The notes below the pieces were generated by a model. That model was not told the origin of the DNA. It saw only the letters and a list, made by a program, of their open reading frames with translations, and made no database searches. Made by a program: the position numbers and the translations under genes. From positions 310,001 to 374,000 of the forward strand of contig JAVKOQ020000015.1 in assembly GCA_031835245.2 (NCBI GenBank): DNA of 64,000 bases, written 5' to 3'. The stretch comes from Balamuthia mandrillaris. Lineage: Eukaryota. Every line of letters begins with the position of its first letter. The first letter of the stretch is position 1. Positions 45,654 through 57,642 of the stretch are shown here, piece by piece.

Positions 45654-46297
45654 CGTGTTTTGTTCCCTCCAAACCCTGTCACTCCCTCCCACTTGTTGCT
45701 ATTCGGTTGTTTCGATTTTTGGTTGGTAGATCAGTCCGATCATGTTGCTTCGCAACCAAATATTTCCAGTAAAGCTTTGTTTGGAAGATATCTCATTTTG
45801 TGTTAATCAATAGGGGGGGTATGGCTCGTTCCCTTTGGAATTTTCGTGCGATAGGTCTGAAGGGAAAAGTGTTTCGTGGGGGGAAGGGGTGCGCTTCTAT
45901 TTAAAATGGCCGCCCCTTGCGAAGCGGTGTAACAAGAAGAAGAAGAAGAGCTCAAACAACCGAAAATGACACACAACAACAGTTACTGCGGCCACAACAA
46001 CGACAAGGACAGCAGCTTTGGGGGAGGGAGCAGTTGGAGAAGGACACGGCGCTCAAGAGCAGAACGTGCAACATTAGCAGCAGAAGCTGAAGGAGGATTC
46101 GCCGTCGCGGCATGTACAAATGGAAGGAAGGACGAACGACTAGCGTTCCAGCAACAACCACCAGCGTTCGAGCTGCGGTTCGACATTGGCATTTGGCCCT
46201 TTTGTAATGTAGTTAATAGAAAAACAAGGCAGTAGTGTTGTTGTGTAATCTCGTTAGCATCGAAGTGGAAATAAAAGGCGTAGTAGGCGTGTGTGAA

Positions 46298-48110
46298 CTA
46301 GTAAAAGGCAGTGTCAGTGGTGTAATGCCTCTCTACTTTTCTGAAATGGCCTTGTTTGCCCATCTCCCACAAAAAGTAGTCCAAAAGCATGGCATTGAGT
46401 TGGATGGGTTGGCCTCCTTCTGCTCCACTCTTTGCCTTCCACAGCTTTACGATCTCCTCGCAAGCATGGATGGCAACGCAACGCAGTTCCACTTCTCGGT
46501 CTCCAGGCTTCAATACTGTTTTATGATCCACGTGTGCTGCCAGTTCTTCACTGAGTTCCAAAACTCCATACTACAGTGTTATTAAAAAAAACGCAATGCG
46601 TGTGGTAAGTGATGGATCATCATCGTCCATATGATGAAAAGAAAAAAGACACAACCTCGCGAAGGACTGCTGGAATGACATTGTCAGAGAATATAGTGAG
46701 CTCTGTCACATCAGCAAAAAGGAAAGCGGGCTCCTTCTCCTGTTAAAACAACCAAATAATAAGGATCACTTCAACTGGTAATCTTCGTAGGAATAGAGAG
46801 AACACCACCAACCCCCAATTGCCGAAATAAGTCAGCAGCCAAAAGTTGCGCCTTTTTGAGAATGTAAACATCTTGTCCGTTGTACGTAGCCACGTCCCTA
46901 AACGCAGGAAAAGTGTTTGCCAAGGATTCCACTAGTTGTGCAGCGGTGCATCCCTCCGTCTGTCTCACAAAGTCAAGTACCCACTGGCCAAGTCCTTCCT
47001 TAAAGCCTTTCGCCAGGAGAATTGTTCCCGTTTCGTTCATAACCTACATCATATAGTGTGGTTGCCACGCTTTGAGTTTGAGGTGGAAATGGCGACACGG
47101 ATAGTGAGGACCAGCACAACAAACCCTTTGGATGGTTTCAGCGAGGGGTACAAGGGCAGTTGGCGAGGACACGAAGAAAACAGCCTCTTTGAGTTCCTTT
47201 TCCTCTTGCAATTTGAGGTCGAATAAGTTGGCAACCTGCCCTACATCCATCTTTTGAAGAAATGTGCTATCAAGTTTGTCTCTTTGTACCGAAGAAGAAG
47301 AAGAAGAAGAAGAAGAAGAAGAAGAAGAAGAAGAAGAAGAAGAAGAAGAAGAAGAAGAAGAAGAAGAAGAAGAAGAACAAGAACAAGAACAAGAACAAGA
47401 AGAACAAGAACAAGAAGAACAAGAAGAACAAGAACAAGAAGAACAAGAAGAACGAAGAAAGAAGAACGAAGAAGAACGAAGAACGAAACGAAGAAGAATG
47501 AAGAAGAAGAAGAAGAAGAAAAGAAAAAGTGTAAAGTTAGTAACACCTCGAGCATAGAAAACCAGCAACAGCATGAGGTTCCGCACCCAGAAATATGCAT
47601 GCTCAGCACACCTCGAATGATCGTCTGGTATGCGCCCTGTTAGCGTTTGCATTCGAATAAGTGACCGTTGGAATGTAAACAAGCAAAAGGAGGGGATGAA
47701 AGGCAAGGTGGGCATGTTAATACAGAGTGACAGTGCTTGTGCAAAACGTGTCGAAAGCCACTGCCAAAGTTCAACAAGTCAAGCAAGGCCCAGAGGTTCA
47801 CCTCATCTTGTAAGCTGTCGACCTGGAGTGGAAACCTGTGTGGCTTAAATTCGGTGACCTTTGCTAAAAGTAAAAGTGACAAAAAAAAGGGGGGGGGGGT
47901 GAGGAAAGAGAGGGTGGAAGAAACGAAGGGAAACACGGCAAAAAAAAATAAAGGGGGAGGGAGGGACAACAAACCAAGGTCCAGCTTCTCCACGAAAGAC
48001 TCCAAGCCGACACGTTTTATGTGCACGTCGCGAGCATGGCTGGCCACGTACTCTGCCGACTGTTTCACCTTGTGCAAAATGGTCGCACCACCACCTGATG
48101 GGTCCTCCAT
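46298..48110 (-). CDS. QNG1: Queuosine salvage protein (DUF2419, QNG1/C9orf64-like), multi-exon
   Basis: 'LDLLNFGSGF', 'FPAFRD', 'KKAQLLAADL', 'LTIFSDNVIPAVL', 'EVELR', 'NAMLLDYFLW', terminal 'HYTTDTAFY'. Confidence 0.85.
47291..47527. repeat. Compound (GAA)n/(GAACAA)n microsatellite in a QNG1 intron
   Basis: Visible in sequence. Confidence 0.9.
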
Positions 48111-48267
48111 TGGGGGGGGGGGGCTTCAAATCTTTCTTCTTCTTCTGTTGTTGGGTTGAAAATTTTCCAAGAAAAGAGAGCGAGGAGGAGTTCGGCAAAA
48201 AGCGAAAACCAAAGCAAGTAGCAGAACACGTAGGAGCGGCCACCACGGACGGGGAACAGCCCAAAAT

Positions 48268-51200
48268 ATGCCAGAGTACATGTTGAGAGGGATACCAGTG
48301 CGGTTCCCGTTCGAAGCCTACCCCTGCCAGCTGCTCTACATGGAGAGGGTCATACAAAGCCTCCAAGAGGTCTGGTCTTTGTGTTTTCTTCTTTTTTATT
48401 TTGGGGTTTGCTGACTTGGTGTGCTTGTGTGCTGCTCTCCTTTCCTGTGGTACCCCTTTTTGCCATGTTAAAACGAGCCAGGGCAAAAATGCACTGTTGG
48501 AGAGTCCTACTGGCACCGGCAAGACGTTGTGCCTGCTTTGTGCCACGCTTGGGTGGCGTGAGGCTTGGATAGAACAACAACAGGCCCAAAGAAGAGCGGC
48601 GCAGGTTAGCTACGACGACAGAGGCACTGCAGGAGGAGAAACGTTGGCTGTAGGTTATGACCACAGCGAGCTGAGCGCATTGCAGGGTGGATCAACCAGC
48701 AATAACAACTTTCATGAACATTCGGGAGAGAGCTGCGATGGTGGTTTCTCCTCTTCGCCAGTGCCAAAGCGTTTGTTGGATGAGGAAAGGTTGCGAAGGG
48801 CTCCGCGCATTATCTATTCCTCTAGAACGCATAGCCAGCTTTCCCAAGTGGTTAAAGAGCTAAAAAATACCAGTTACAGGTTACGTTTGCTTTGGAGTTT
48901 GTTTTCGTTTTTTATCGTCGTTAGTTCGTAGTCGGATCAAAAAATCGTCATCTTCGTTAACTGCTTGTGTTTTCTTCTCTGCTCACCAAACAGGCCCAAG
49001 ATGTGTATTCTAGGCAGCCGTAAGCAAATGTGCATTCACCCACAGGTGTCACTGGCCCCGGGAGACTTTAGGGACCACAAATGTCGCTCCTTGGTTTCCT
49101 CTGGTAGTTGCAACTACTTTAACAACGTGAAAGGTCTGTTTCCTCTTTCCTCTTTCTCTCCCTCTATTGCTCCTTCATGATGAAACGCCGGATGAAAAAT
49201 AACAAACCCAAAAATGACAGAAAACATTGGCCTAGGACAGGATATAGCGGATATCGAAGACCTGGTTCGTATCGGCCATTACCACGAAGTGTGCCCTTAT
49301 TACCTTTCGAGAGAATTAGAACACTCGGCAGATATCGTTTTTGCTCCTTATAATTATCTCATTGACCCAGCCATTCGTCGTTCCCTTGGAATCGATCTTC
49401 ACAACACCATACTCGTCTTTGATGAAGCTCACAATTTGGTTTGCATTACTTTCTTCTAACTGTCGTTATGTGGCATTTACTCACAATGATTCTATCGTTC
49501 CAACAGGAATCAATATGTGAAGAAGTAGCGTCGCTTGATTTTCGAGTATCTGATTTGCAGCAAGCCATTAAAGAACTTGACATTTGCATTAGCGCTGTTT
49601 CTCGGTCAAATTATGTGGGAGAATCTGACAAGGGCGAACTGCTTCGCGTTCAGCGTGTGTTTTCTCATCTCTTCCCTTCTCTCCATGCCTCTGTTTGTTT
49701 GCTTGTTTGCTTGTTTGCTTGTTTGTTTGTTTGTTTACTTAGATTTGGGTAACAGGGTTTTTTGGAAAGCTCATTCAAGAAATACAGTTGATACGCCTGC
49801 CCAGTGGAGAGCAAAAAGGACTAACCATGCCAGGTGACTTCATCTATGAACTTTTAGAGAAGGTACAAACGCGCATTTCTTAATGTAATGTGAAACGTAA
49901 ACATATTGCTCCAACAGGTTGAAATCACGGATAATGAAACTGCCGATCTTTTTGTTCACATTCTTGAGAAGGCCACCGCTGACCTTGCTGAAGGTATGTG
50001 TTTAATTTCCGTATTCTATTTTAACTAAGATTGTACATTTCACTTATTAGATGACGACTTGAGCTCAGCCAAGAAGACTTCAGTGCTCAAGCAATTCAAC
50101 GATTGTCTCAAAACTTTATATCGCGATGCATCCAGAAACGATTTTCGGGAATGCTTCAAGGTTATTCTAAAATACTGGAATTAATATTCAAATCTTTACA
50201 TCGCACTAACACTATCTTACTGACCAGGTTCATGTGCATGTCGGTAGCCAGCCAACTGCTGGACCTGGAAACCGTTTCAACCGCTTAAATCGTGTGCAAA
50301 CCCTCTACTCTACTGCCGATCTAACCAACTAATAACGGAAATTAAATTTTAAAAATATTTGCAGAGCGCACTCTCAGTTGCTGGTGTTTCAGTGCAGGAG
50401 TGGCAATGCGCGATCTAATTGGGCAAGGAGTGAGGAATGTCATTGTCACAAGCGGCACATTGGCTCCCTTGGACTTTACAGCCCAAGAATTAACTCTGTG
50501 CGTACAAACATTCTCATTCCCCACCAACAATCGAGTACTCATATTCTTACTTGATCCCGCTTTGCCTTCAATATTTAGCCCATTTCCCATACGGCTAGAA
50601 AACAAGCATGTTATCCAGTCATCCCAAATTTTTGTAGGCATATTGGGCGCTGGCCCGTCTGGTTATCCTCTGAACTCCTCTTTCAAGACGAGGGCTGCTG
50701 ACGAATATAAACGATCTCTTGGCGAAGCTTTAGGTAAGTCTCGTTCCTGCCGTTCGCTCTTCATCCTCAAGCTGTACATAGGGGCGCGCTTACCAATGAT
50801 AACTATGTACTGAAAATAGCAAATTTTTCACGGATTGTACCGAACGGTTTACTAGTATTCTTTCCTTCCTATTCTGTGCTGAGCTCGTGTGTTGAATACT
50901 GGAAAGGTGCCAGAGCGGTAAGATTGTGGCAGTGTGATATTTTGCTCATTGCGTTGTTTTTTTTTTTTCTTTTTTGAGAAAAATTGTTTATTTGAGTCTT
51001 TTTATGTTCGTTATTGTGTTTCTTTTAACCTCTTGACTCACTTTATGTATATTGGCCAACAGACCAGCACCGACTCGAATAGCATTTGGTCAAGAATTAC
51101 TAAGTATAAGCAGCCTGTGATGGAACCTCGAGAATCCTTCCAGTTCAATTTGGTTTGTAAAAGCAGGCCAACAACATTCGACCTGCATAGTCTAATCTTT

Positions 51201-53005
51201 CTTCTGGATTGCTTCACCTTAAAGGCTATGGAGGACTATTACAGTAAGGTAGCGGACGAGGAAAGCGGCGGGGCTGTTTTCTTTGCTGTTTGCAGAGGAA
51301 AAGTCTCGGAAGGGTTAGACTTTGCTGATAACAATGGAAGAGCCGTGGTGGTGACGGGCCTGCCTTTCCCATCTCTCTACGACGCAAGAGTTGAGCTCAA
51401 ACGCATCTTTCTTGACGAGAAACAACGAGCTGCTGGCGGTCACGTATGACATGTTCCCTGTCTTTCCTATCCTGTGGCTTTCATCTTTTTTTGCTGATGA
51501 ATTATATAACCTAGTGTTTAGGTGGCAAAGCATGGTATACCCAACAAGCATCTCGCGCTGTAAACCAAGCAGTGGGAAGGGTCATTCGGCATAACAGAGA
51601 CTATGGTGCTATCCTTTTGTGCGATGAACGGTTTTCGTACCCTGTTAACTTATGTGGGCTATCCGCGTGGTTGCGACCCTGCTGTCGCAGCTACTCCTCG
51701 TTTGGGGAGGCAGCTCTTGCCCTTAACCGATTTTTTCAAAGCATCACAGACAATCCACATGTTATGCTGAAGCCCACGTCTGCAAATGATGCGTCTTCAT
51801 TTTCCTCTTCTTCTTCCTCTTTAGTAAGCTCTAGCTCTTTCACTCATTTGCCCCAACAGCAGGATTCTAATCTGTTGCTTTCTTTCTTTCGCTTAGGAGC
51901 CATTAGCTGTACCATCATCAACAACCACACCTTCAACACCGAAAAAGCCTTTTCAAACTCCCTTTCGTGCTCCTAGAACTGATACCTCTTCATCTTCATC
52001 TTCATCTGCTGGTGCAACTCCCCAAAATGCATCTTCATTCCACAATCTTCAAATGGCCAGCCACCCGTTTAACCCTCCCTTATCTTCTGTTCAACCCTCT
52101 CCTGGTGGAGGAACAAACGACCCAAAAAACAATGCTAGAGCATACATCAGGCAAGTAAAAAGCAGCGTCGCTCCGGAGGAATATAAAGAGTTTCAGGCCA
52201 TGCTCCGCGATTTCAAGAGCAAGTCGTTGCGTCTTCAAAACTTGATGAGCAAAGCCCAACAATTGTTTTCTACCCCAGAACGGCGCTCTCTCTTGGTTGA
52301 CTTTATCACGTTTATTCCGCGCAAACACCAACCCAAGTACCAAGCCATGCTGGACCAATCAGCTCAGGCTGCAGTGTCACCGCTACCTGCCCCTCCTCTT
52401 GGTATGTAAATTTTTTTCCTCCATTACTTGTCCTTTTAAAAAACTAAGCTGTGAGTTTGTATCACCAGTGGCGACAGCCGCCAGCCCAAAGCGAGGAACA
52501 GCGTCTGTAGATCTTATAACGGGACAGAGAAACACGCCCACCAAGAAACCACGCCTACTGCACCCATCCCTACAAAAGAACGACAGTCAGCCCTCCGCTA
52601 ATCCCGCCTCATTGTCCTCCTCCACAAGTACTTCTCTTTCCACGACCACAACAACAGCAATTGCAACAACTTCTACAGATCAGCCATCATCGTCTACACA
52701 GCAGCAAGAGTTCTCTTCCCGAAACTTTTTGCAATGCTCCATTTGTCAGGATGCAGCTGATAGCCCCTCTGCTGCTCGTTGTGGCCACATTTGTTGTGCT
52801 GCATGTTGGCAAAAGTGGCTGAGCACCAAGCTTGAATGCCCTGGTAGCTTTCCTTTATTTTTTGTAAATTTATTTTCTTTTTTTGTTTTGTTTTGTTTTG
52901 TTTTGTTTGTTTTCCATCACCATTCTCACCTTCCTACAAACAGTCTGTCGCAGGAGGACCCGCTTGAAGCAGTTGACCAGACTTCATATTTCTATCGGCC
53001 CATAA
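48268..53005 (+). CDS. RTEL1: RTEL1-like XPD-family Fe-S DNA helicase with harmonin-like region and C-terminal RING, many exons
   Basis: '[11 protein letters not shown]', '[16 protein letters not shown]', 'YSSRTHSQL', '[11 protein letters not shown]', 'CPYY', 'FDEAHN', 'TSGTLAP', '[13 protein letters not shown]', '[20 protein letters not shown]', 'ARAYIRQVK...FITFIPRKH', RING. Confidence 0.9.
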
Positions 53006-53115
53006 CTTGTGTTCCCTTCTTTTGCAATTTTTTTTGAAAAAAAAATGAGAAAGGAAACAACAACTTCTCTTTCGAAAAAGAGGAAGGGCTAAGCATTTAT
53101 CGTGGAAAGCACAAG

Positions 53116-53650
53116 TTACAGAGCACAGGCCTGGCGTACTAAGTCGACTTCTCCCAGCATGTTTTGTATTCGCAGCACCAGCTGTTTTCGCTCTGCTCTA
53201 AGTTCTTCTCCGCCTCTAAGAGCGTCTAACGCTTCCAGCTTCCGCATTAGCTCTTCCGAGAGGCTGAGGCATTGCTTATGCACCTCCTTGTCTTCCATGC
53301 AGTGCTTACTCTCTGTTAGTTGTTGCTTTTTCCGGTCAATGTTATCGACCTCGCTGCACACTGTTGCTAATATTTGTTCGCCAGATTTTTGGGTAGGTGG
53401 TGCCTCTGCTTCGCTTGCGACAGTGGTTGGGGTTGAGCTTGTGGTCTCTGTGGGTACTCCGTCGAAGAAATTAGAGAGAGCGACCTGCAAGATAACAGAG
53501 AAAGTCAGCCAGGCAGGTAGGGAACAGTGTTACTGCACCCACCTCAACATTCCCTGCAGCAGCCTTCAAGTAAAAAAGAGCTGTCTGACGCTCTGCCCCT
53601 GTCACATCTATGAAGGCCTCCAAGCCAGCCTGTTCCTCCATGCCAGCCAT
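53116..53650 (-). CDS. Small protein with N-terminal UBA-like domain and C-terminal BAG domain (2 exons)
   Basis: 'LEAFIDVTGAERQTALFYLKAAAGNVE|VALSNFFD' (UBA-like); 'LSEELMRKLEALDAL.GGEELRAERKQLVLRIQNMLGEVD' (BAG). Confidence 0.75.
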
Positions 53651-53947
53651 GCTATGATCTTTGCGCCGGCTTGTTGGTTCACTGTCTTCCGCATCTTCTG
53701 TCGACACAAAAGGCTAATTCACTCTATTTTTTTGATTGGATGGGGGACCTCTGTGCGTTGGTTCGCTGATGGGATGTTGAAGATTGGCAAAGAAAAACTC
53801 AGCTGCCACATGGTCGTCTGACACTCCAGATTTGCAGACAAGTGTGCTTTGTTCAGTATTTCCCTTACTTTTGCTCTATTTATTTATTTTCCTTGTCTCA
53901 TCATTGCAAGGGTGGCCGCCAAAATTTTAAAAACAGTTTGGTTTCGT

Positions 53948-54045
53948 CTTCCATTTGTTGTTGCTCTTCTCCACCATCCTCTCCTAATCTATTACTGCTC
54001 CGCTTCACCTTCCATTTGTTGTTGCTCTTCTCCACCATCCTCTCC
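53948..54045. repeat. 37-bp direct duplication spanning the stop codon of the GRAM gene
   Basis: CTTCCATTTGTTGTTGCTCTTCTCCACCATCCTCTCC at 53948-53984 and 54009-54045. Confidence 0.85.
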
Positions 54046-56449
54046 ATCATGTCCATGTTCCAGTTGGGGTTCTGCTTGTTGTTGATCTTCCTCTCCTTCT
54101 CCATCTTCCCCTTCTTCGTTTTCATCCTCATTCTCCTCTGCATCACCGCTCTGCTCTTCCTCTTCCTCCTCCTCCTCCTCCTCCTCCTCGTCTTCATCAC
54201 TGTCGCTCTCATCAAGATAAGCATATTGGGAAGCCCGGTACTCATCTTCGTCCTCATCCTCATCAGAGTCTGACTCTTCGTCATAGTAATTGCCGTCAAG
54301 AGCGTTGGTTTCTTGTTCTATTCTTCTTATTTCTTCTTCCAGATTACGCAGTTCTTGTTGTTCCCGCAGTAGTTCCTCTGCAGTGCTGCTCTTGGAGGAA
54401 TTAGGGTAACGAGAACGGCGACTTTGTTCCACAAGCTTCAAAAGGTCGGATATCTTCTTTTTCTTTTCTTCAAAAATCAGCTTTTTCTCTTCTTCGCGTT
54501 GATGGCGCTCGAGCCTTTCTCTTTCTTCCTCCTCGTCTAGCAGTTCTTCATTATTCAGCTCTGGTTTCCAAGCCCGAAGAAGAGTTCGATATGCGTGTGG
54601 TGCAGATGCGAAGCTGGAATACGTTTGGACCTCCTAAATGTTTGAAGTGATTTGTTATCAAGTGTTCCCCAGATCTCTCTCTCTCTCTCTCTCTCTCTGC
54701 TCTCCCTCTCCTTTCTAGCAACTAGGGAAATAGAGTCGCCTTTACCTCATCCAAGACCCCAGGCAACAAATGCACCTCAACAATAGGTCCTAGCGTCTCC
54801 CTCTCGGTTTTCTTTATGTCCTTAACATCGCCGAAGGAAAAGACTTGCTGATATTTCGAGTAGAGAGAGAGTGACAGAGAGAGAGAGAGAGAGAGAGAGA
54901 GAATTAATAAAAATGAAATTTAGAATTTTAATACAAAGAGGGACAGAGACAAAGGAGAGGGAGAGACCTTGACTCGTGTGCCAAATAGGCTTGCATAAAA
55001 AGCCATGTGGTTGTGAGAGATGTACATGCGTCCCTTCTGCACTTGAAATGCATCCTCCCCTTGCAATGCGCAGGTAAAGCCTAAAACAGTCGTTAGATGG
55101 GTGGGAGAGAGAGAGAGGAGGGAGAGTGAGAGTACTGTCGATGAGGGTTTCCTCGAGAGGAATCTCGGGAAAACATGCGTGGAACTGAGTATCTCTAAAG
55201 TTGGTGCGAAATTGAACTACACTCTTACTGCTTCTAGGTTGTAAGATAAGGCTTTTCTTGGGGTCCAGCTGCAGGAAGGTTGGCAGCGAGGTTTCCGCTG
55301 AGACACTCGACTGTGAGCTCTCATGCTGTGAATATGAAGGAGTATCTTGTCCCGGCGTTTGTGCAGCAACGACTTTGCTTTTGTTTGCGTCTTCCTCTTT
55401 CCGCTTTTCGTTTTCAGTATCGGCAATCTCATTAGGAGCTGTCGTTTCTTGTTGAGTATCTTCAGTGTGTTCTTCCCTCAATGGCTTGTCCGCTTCCTCA
55501 TTAGAGGCTGTTGCTTCGTATTGGTTGTATTCTTCTCCTTGTTCCTCTGTTTTTTGTTCTTCTAACTCCTTGCTACTAGATTCTTCCTCGACTTTCGCTG
55601 GGAGTTTTTCCTGCAAATTTGGTGATTCTTTTTGCTCTGGTGTGTGTGGTAATGACGCAAGTTCATTTTCGCTTTGGCTGCTGTTGTTGGTGTCGTTGTT
55701 AATGTTGTCTGAACTTATCCGAGTTTCTTCTTCCTCTTTCGTTTTCATCAGCTGTTCTTGTTCCTCGTTGGCAGGACCTTCTTCTTTTTCGCTGCTCTCT
55801 TTTATCTCCGTTGCTTTTTCCTCCGTCTCATTAAATAATGTAGATTGCTGTTCTGGTTGGCTTTGCTTTCTTTCTACTTCTTGTTGTTCGTGTCGTCTTA
55901 GTTCTTCTTCTTCCTCCTCTTTTCTCCGCAGAACTTGTGGGCTTTGTTTTTCATTTGCTGCATCCCCTTCCACTGGTTGAGGGAGTTGTTTGACCGGTTC
56001 TGCAGGGGAGGCCGCCCTTTGTTCGGTGTAACCAGGAGCAGAATAATTGGGGAGTGCGGAGGGCGAACTCAAATCCTGGTCAAGACTGGGATCGCCTTTT
56101 TTGCTTGTGTTACGCTTCCGCGTTGAGGTTGTCTTTTGGGAAGGCGGTCCGTGAGAGATCGCATAAGCCTCTTTTTGGAATGGATCTTCTTCTGGGGAAA
56201 TCTAATAATAGTTTTATAAAAGAAAACGGATGTGTTAGATGACATGATTGCTTTTTGTGGTGAAGGAGGACACTCGTTCGAACTAACCTTGAGGTCATCC
56301 TCTCCCACAATCAGCGGTTGCTAGTTCCAAGGAGAAAAAAAAACAGTACAAAAAATATTTGAGATAAAGCACAGAGGCAAGAGGGAAAAAGAGAGACGTA
56401 CCCTCTCCGAAGGGATTGACTCATAGCCCCCATTGCAACAGTTGCCCAT
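53992..56449 (-). CDS. GRAM-domain protein with N-terminal MGNCC acylation motif and acidic tail, multi-exon
   Basis: Exons MGNCCNGGYESIPSER|QPLIVGEDDLK|ISPEED... join in frame. GRAM 'FHACFPEIPLEETLID|FTCALQ...GRMYISHNHMAFYASLFG'. Coiled coil and poly-E/D tail. Confidence 0.8.
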
Positions 56450-56898
56450 TCTTCAGCCACCAAAAAAAAAAGGGATTATTGTGAGGAGTTGGATGGCGGC
56501 AGGGGAACAACACAATCGTTTTTTTTTGGTTCCGCTTTGCGTTCGTTGTGTTCCGCGGGAGGGAATGCAGTTGGCGGGTACTTGTTCTTTGGCTCTCGTT
56601 CTCTCTTTCTTTTTTTTGTTGTTGTTGTAGGTTTTGTTTATTTGCAAGGCATAATAGGGGGCTATGAACGTTATGCCCCCTTTTTTATTTGGTTGTGCCC
56701 TATTTTCGCCATTTCTGATAATTGATATTATTTCCTATTTTCAACCGTTCTGGTTAAGTTATCAATAAAACATTGAAATTTTTCTTGTAAAGTCGTAACG
56801 GCAAAAACGAACTAACAAGAAAGATAGAGCAACTCGTTCACTCGAAGTGGTAAGTGCGAAAGGCGGCGCAAAGATCGTAAGATCAGAACCACGGTCAA

Positions 56899-57642
56899 AT
56901 GGATAAGCACACAGTTTCTGAGTTAAAAGATATGTGCCGAGCGCGTGGTCTCAAGGTCACTGGCAACAAGAAGGAGCTGATAGCAAGGCTGCAGGAGGCT
57001 GGCAGCAGCGACGGCAACAGCTCTTCTTCTGCTTCTTCTTCTTCTGCTTCTTCTTCTTCTTCTTCTTCTTCTTCTTCTTCTTCTTCTTCTTCACAACACG
57101 GACCTGCCAAGAAGGCACGCACCTCCACCGCTAAATTGACAGCTCGCAACATAGGGCCGGCGCTGGAGGCAGTTGGCATGAAAGGCTACTCCTACTGTGC
57201 GGCCTCGGCCATAACCAAAGGATACCTCCGCTGGAACCGCACCAAAGAGGAGCTGGACCAGCCGGCTGTGCGGGGGGATGGCACCTTTCTGAAGGTAACC
57301 TCTAGCGAATGCGATCACACGTGGAAACCAACCTTGCGCTCCCTGCTGGAGCAGCCGGACTACGCTGGACTGGACTACGAGGATGGCTGCCAGGACGCCA
57401 CGGTGCGCTGCCCTGAGGAAGGTTGCGGAGATAGGATGTATCTCACCAATATGTGCACCGGCGAGTTCAGGCCCGACAGCGGTAAATCTCACAACCATTG
57501 CACCGACTGCAAAGGCTTGGGCAAGTGCCTTGGCGACTATCGCATGGCACATTGTGACACTTGCAACAAACACTACTTTGCTGGCCTATCTGGCCAGCCA
57601 TGCGACCGTTGCTCTGGTGGTGGTGACGATGACTACTACTAG
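56899..57642 (+). CDS. SAP-domain protein with a Cys/His-rich C-terminal domain, intronless
   Basis: SAP 'TVSELKDMCRARGLKVTGNKKELIARL', poly-Ser linker, NLS-like PAKKAR, many Cys/His pairs. Confidence 0.85.
   Translation: MDKHTVSELKDMCRARGLKVTGNKKELIARLQEAGSSDGNSSSSASSSSASSSSSSSSSSSSSSSQHGPAKKARTSTAKLTARNIGPALEAVGMKGYSYCAASAITKGYLRWNRTKEELDQPAVRGDGTFLKVTSSECDHTWKPTLRSLLEQPDYAGLDYEDGCQDATVRCPEEGCGDRMYLTNMCTGEFRPDSGKSHNHCTDCKGLGKCLGDYRMAHCDTCNKHYFAGLSGQPCDRCSGGGDDDYY

Noticed and set aside
45966..46235. 89-aa plus-strand ORF after a TATTTAAA element
   Set aside because: No recognisable motif or coding bias. It could be a small gene, but I cannot support it.
44271..53005. Ap4A phosphorylase, QNG1 and RTEL1 as a nucleotide-metabolism operon
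   Set aside because: Intron-containing eukaryotic housekeeping genes in mixed orientation with no shared pathway evident.
53116..56449. A single GRAM-UBA-BAG fusion gene
   Set aside because: The GRAM ORF ends in TAA TAG followed by AATAAA, and the UBA-BAG unit has its own ATG and upstream CCAAT boxes. Not fully excluded without RNA data.
56421..56667. 11-bp inverted repeat TCATAGCCCCC/GGGGGCTATGA as MITE ends
   Set aside because: The left copy lies inside the first coding exon of the GRAM gene and there is no convincing target-site duplication; likely chance.
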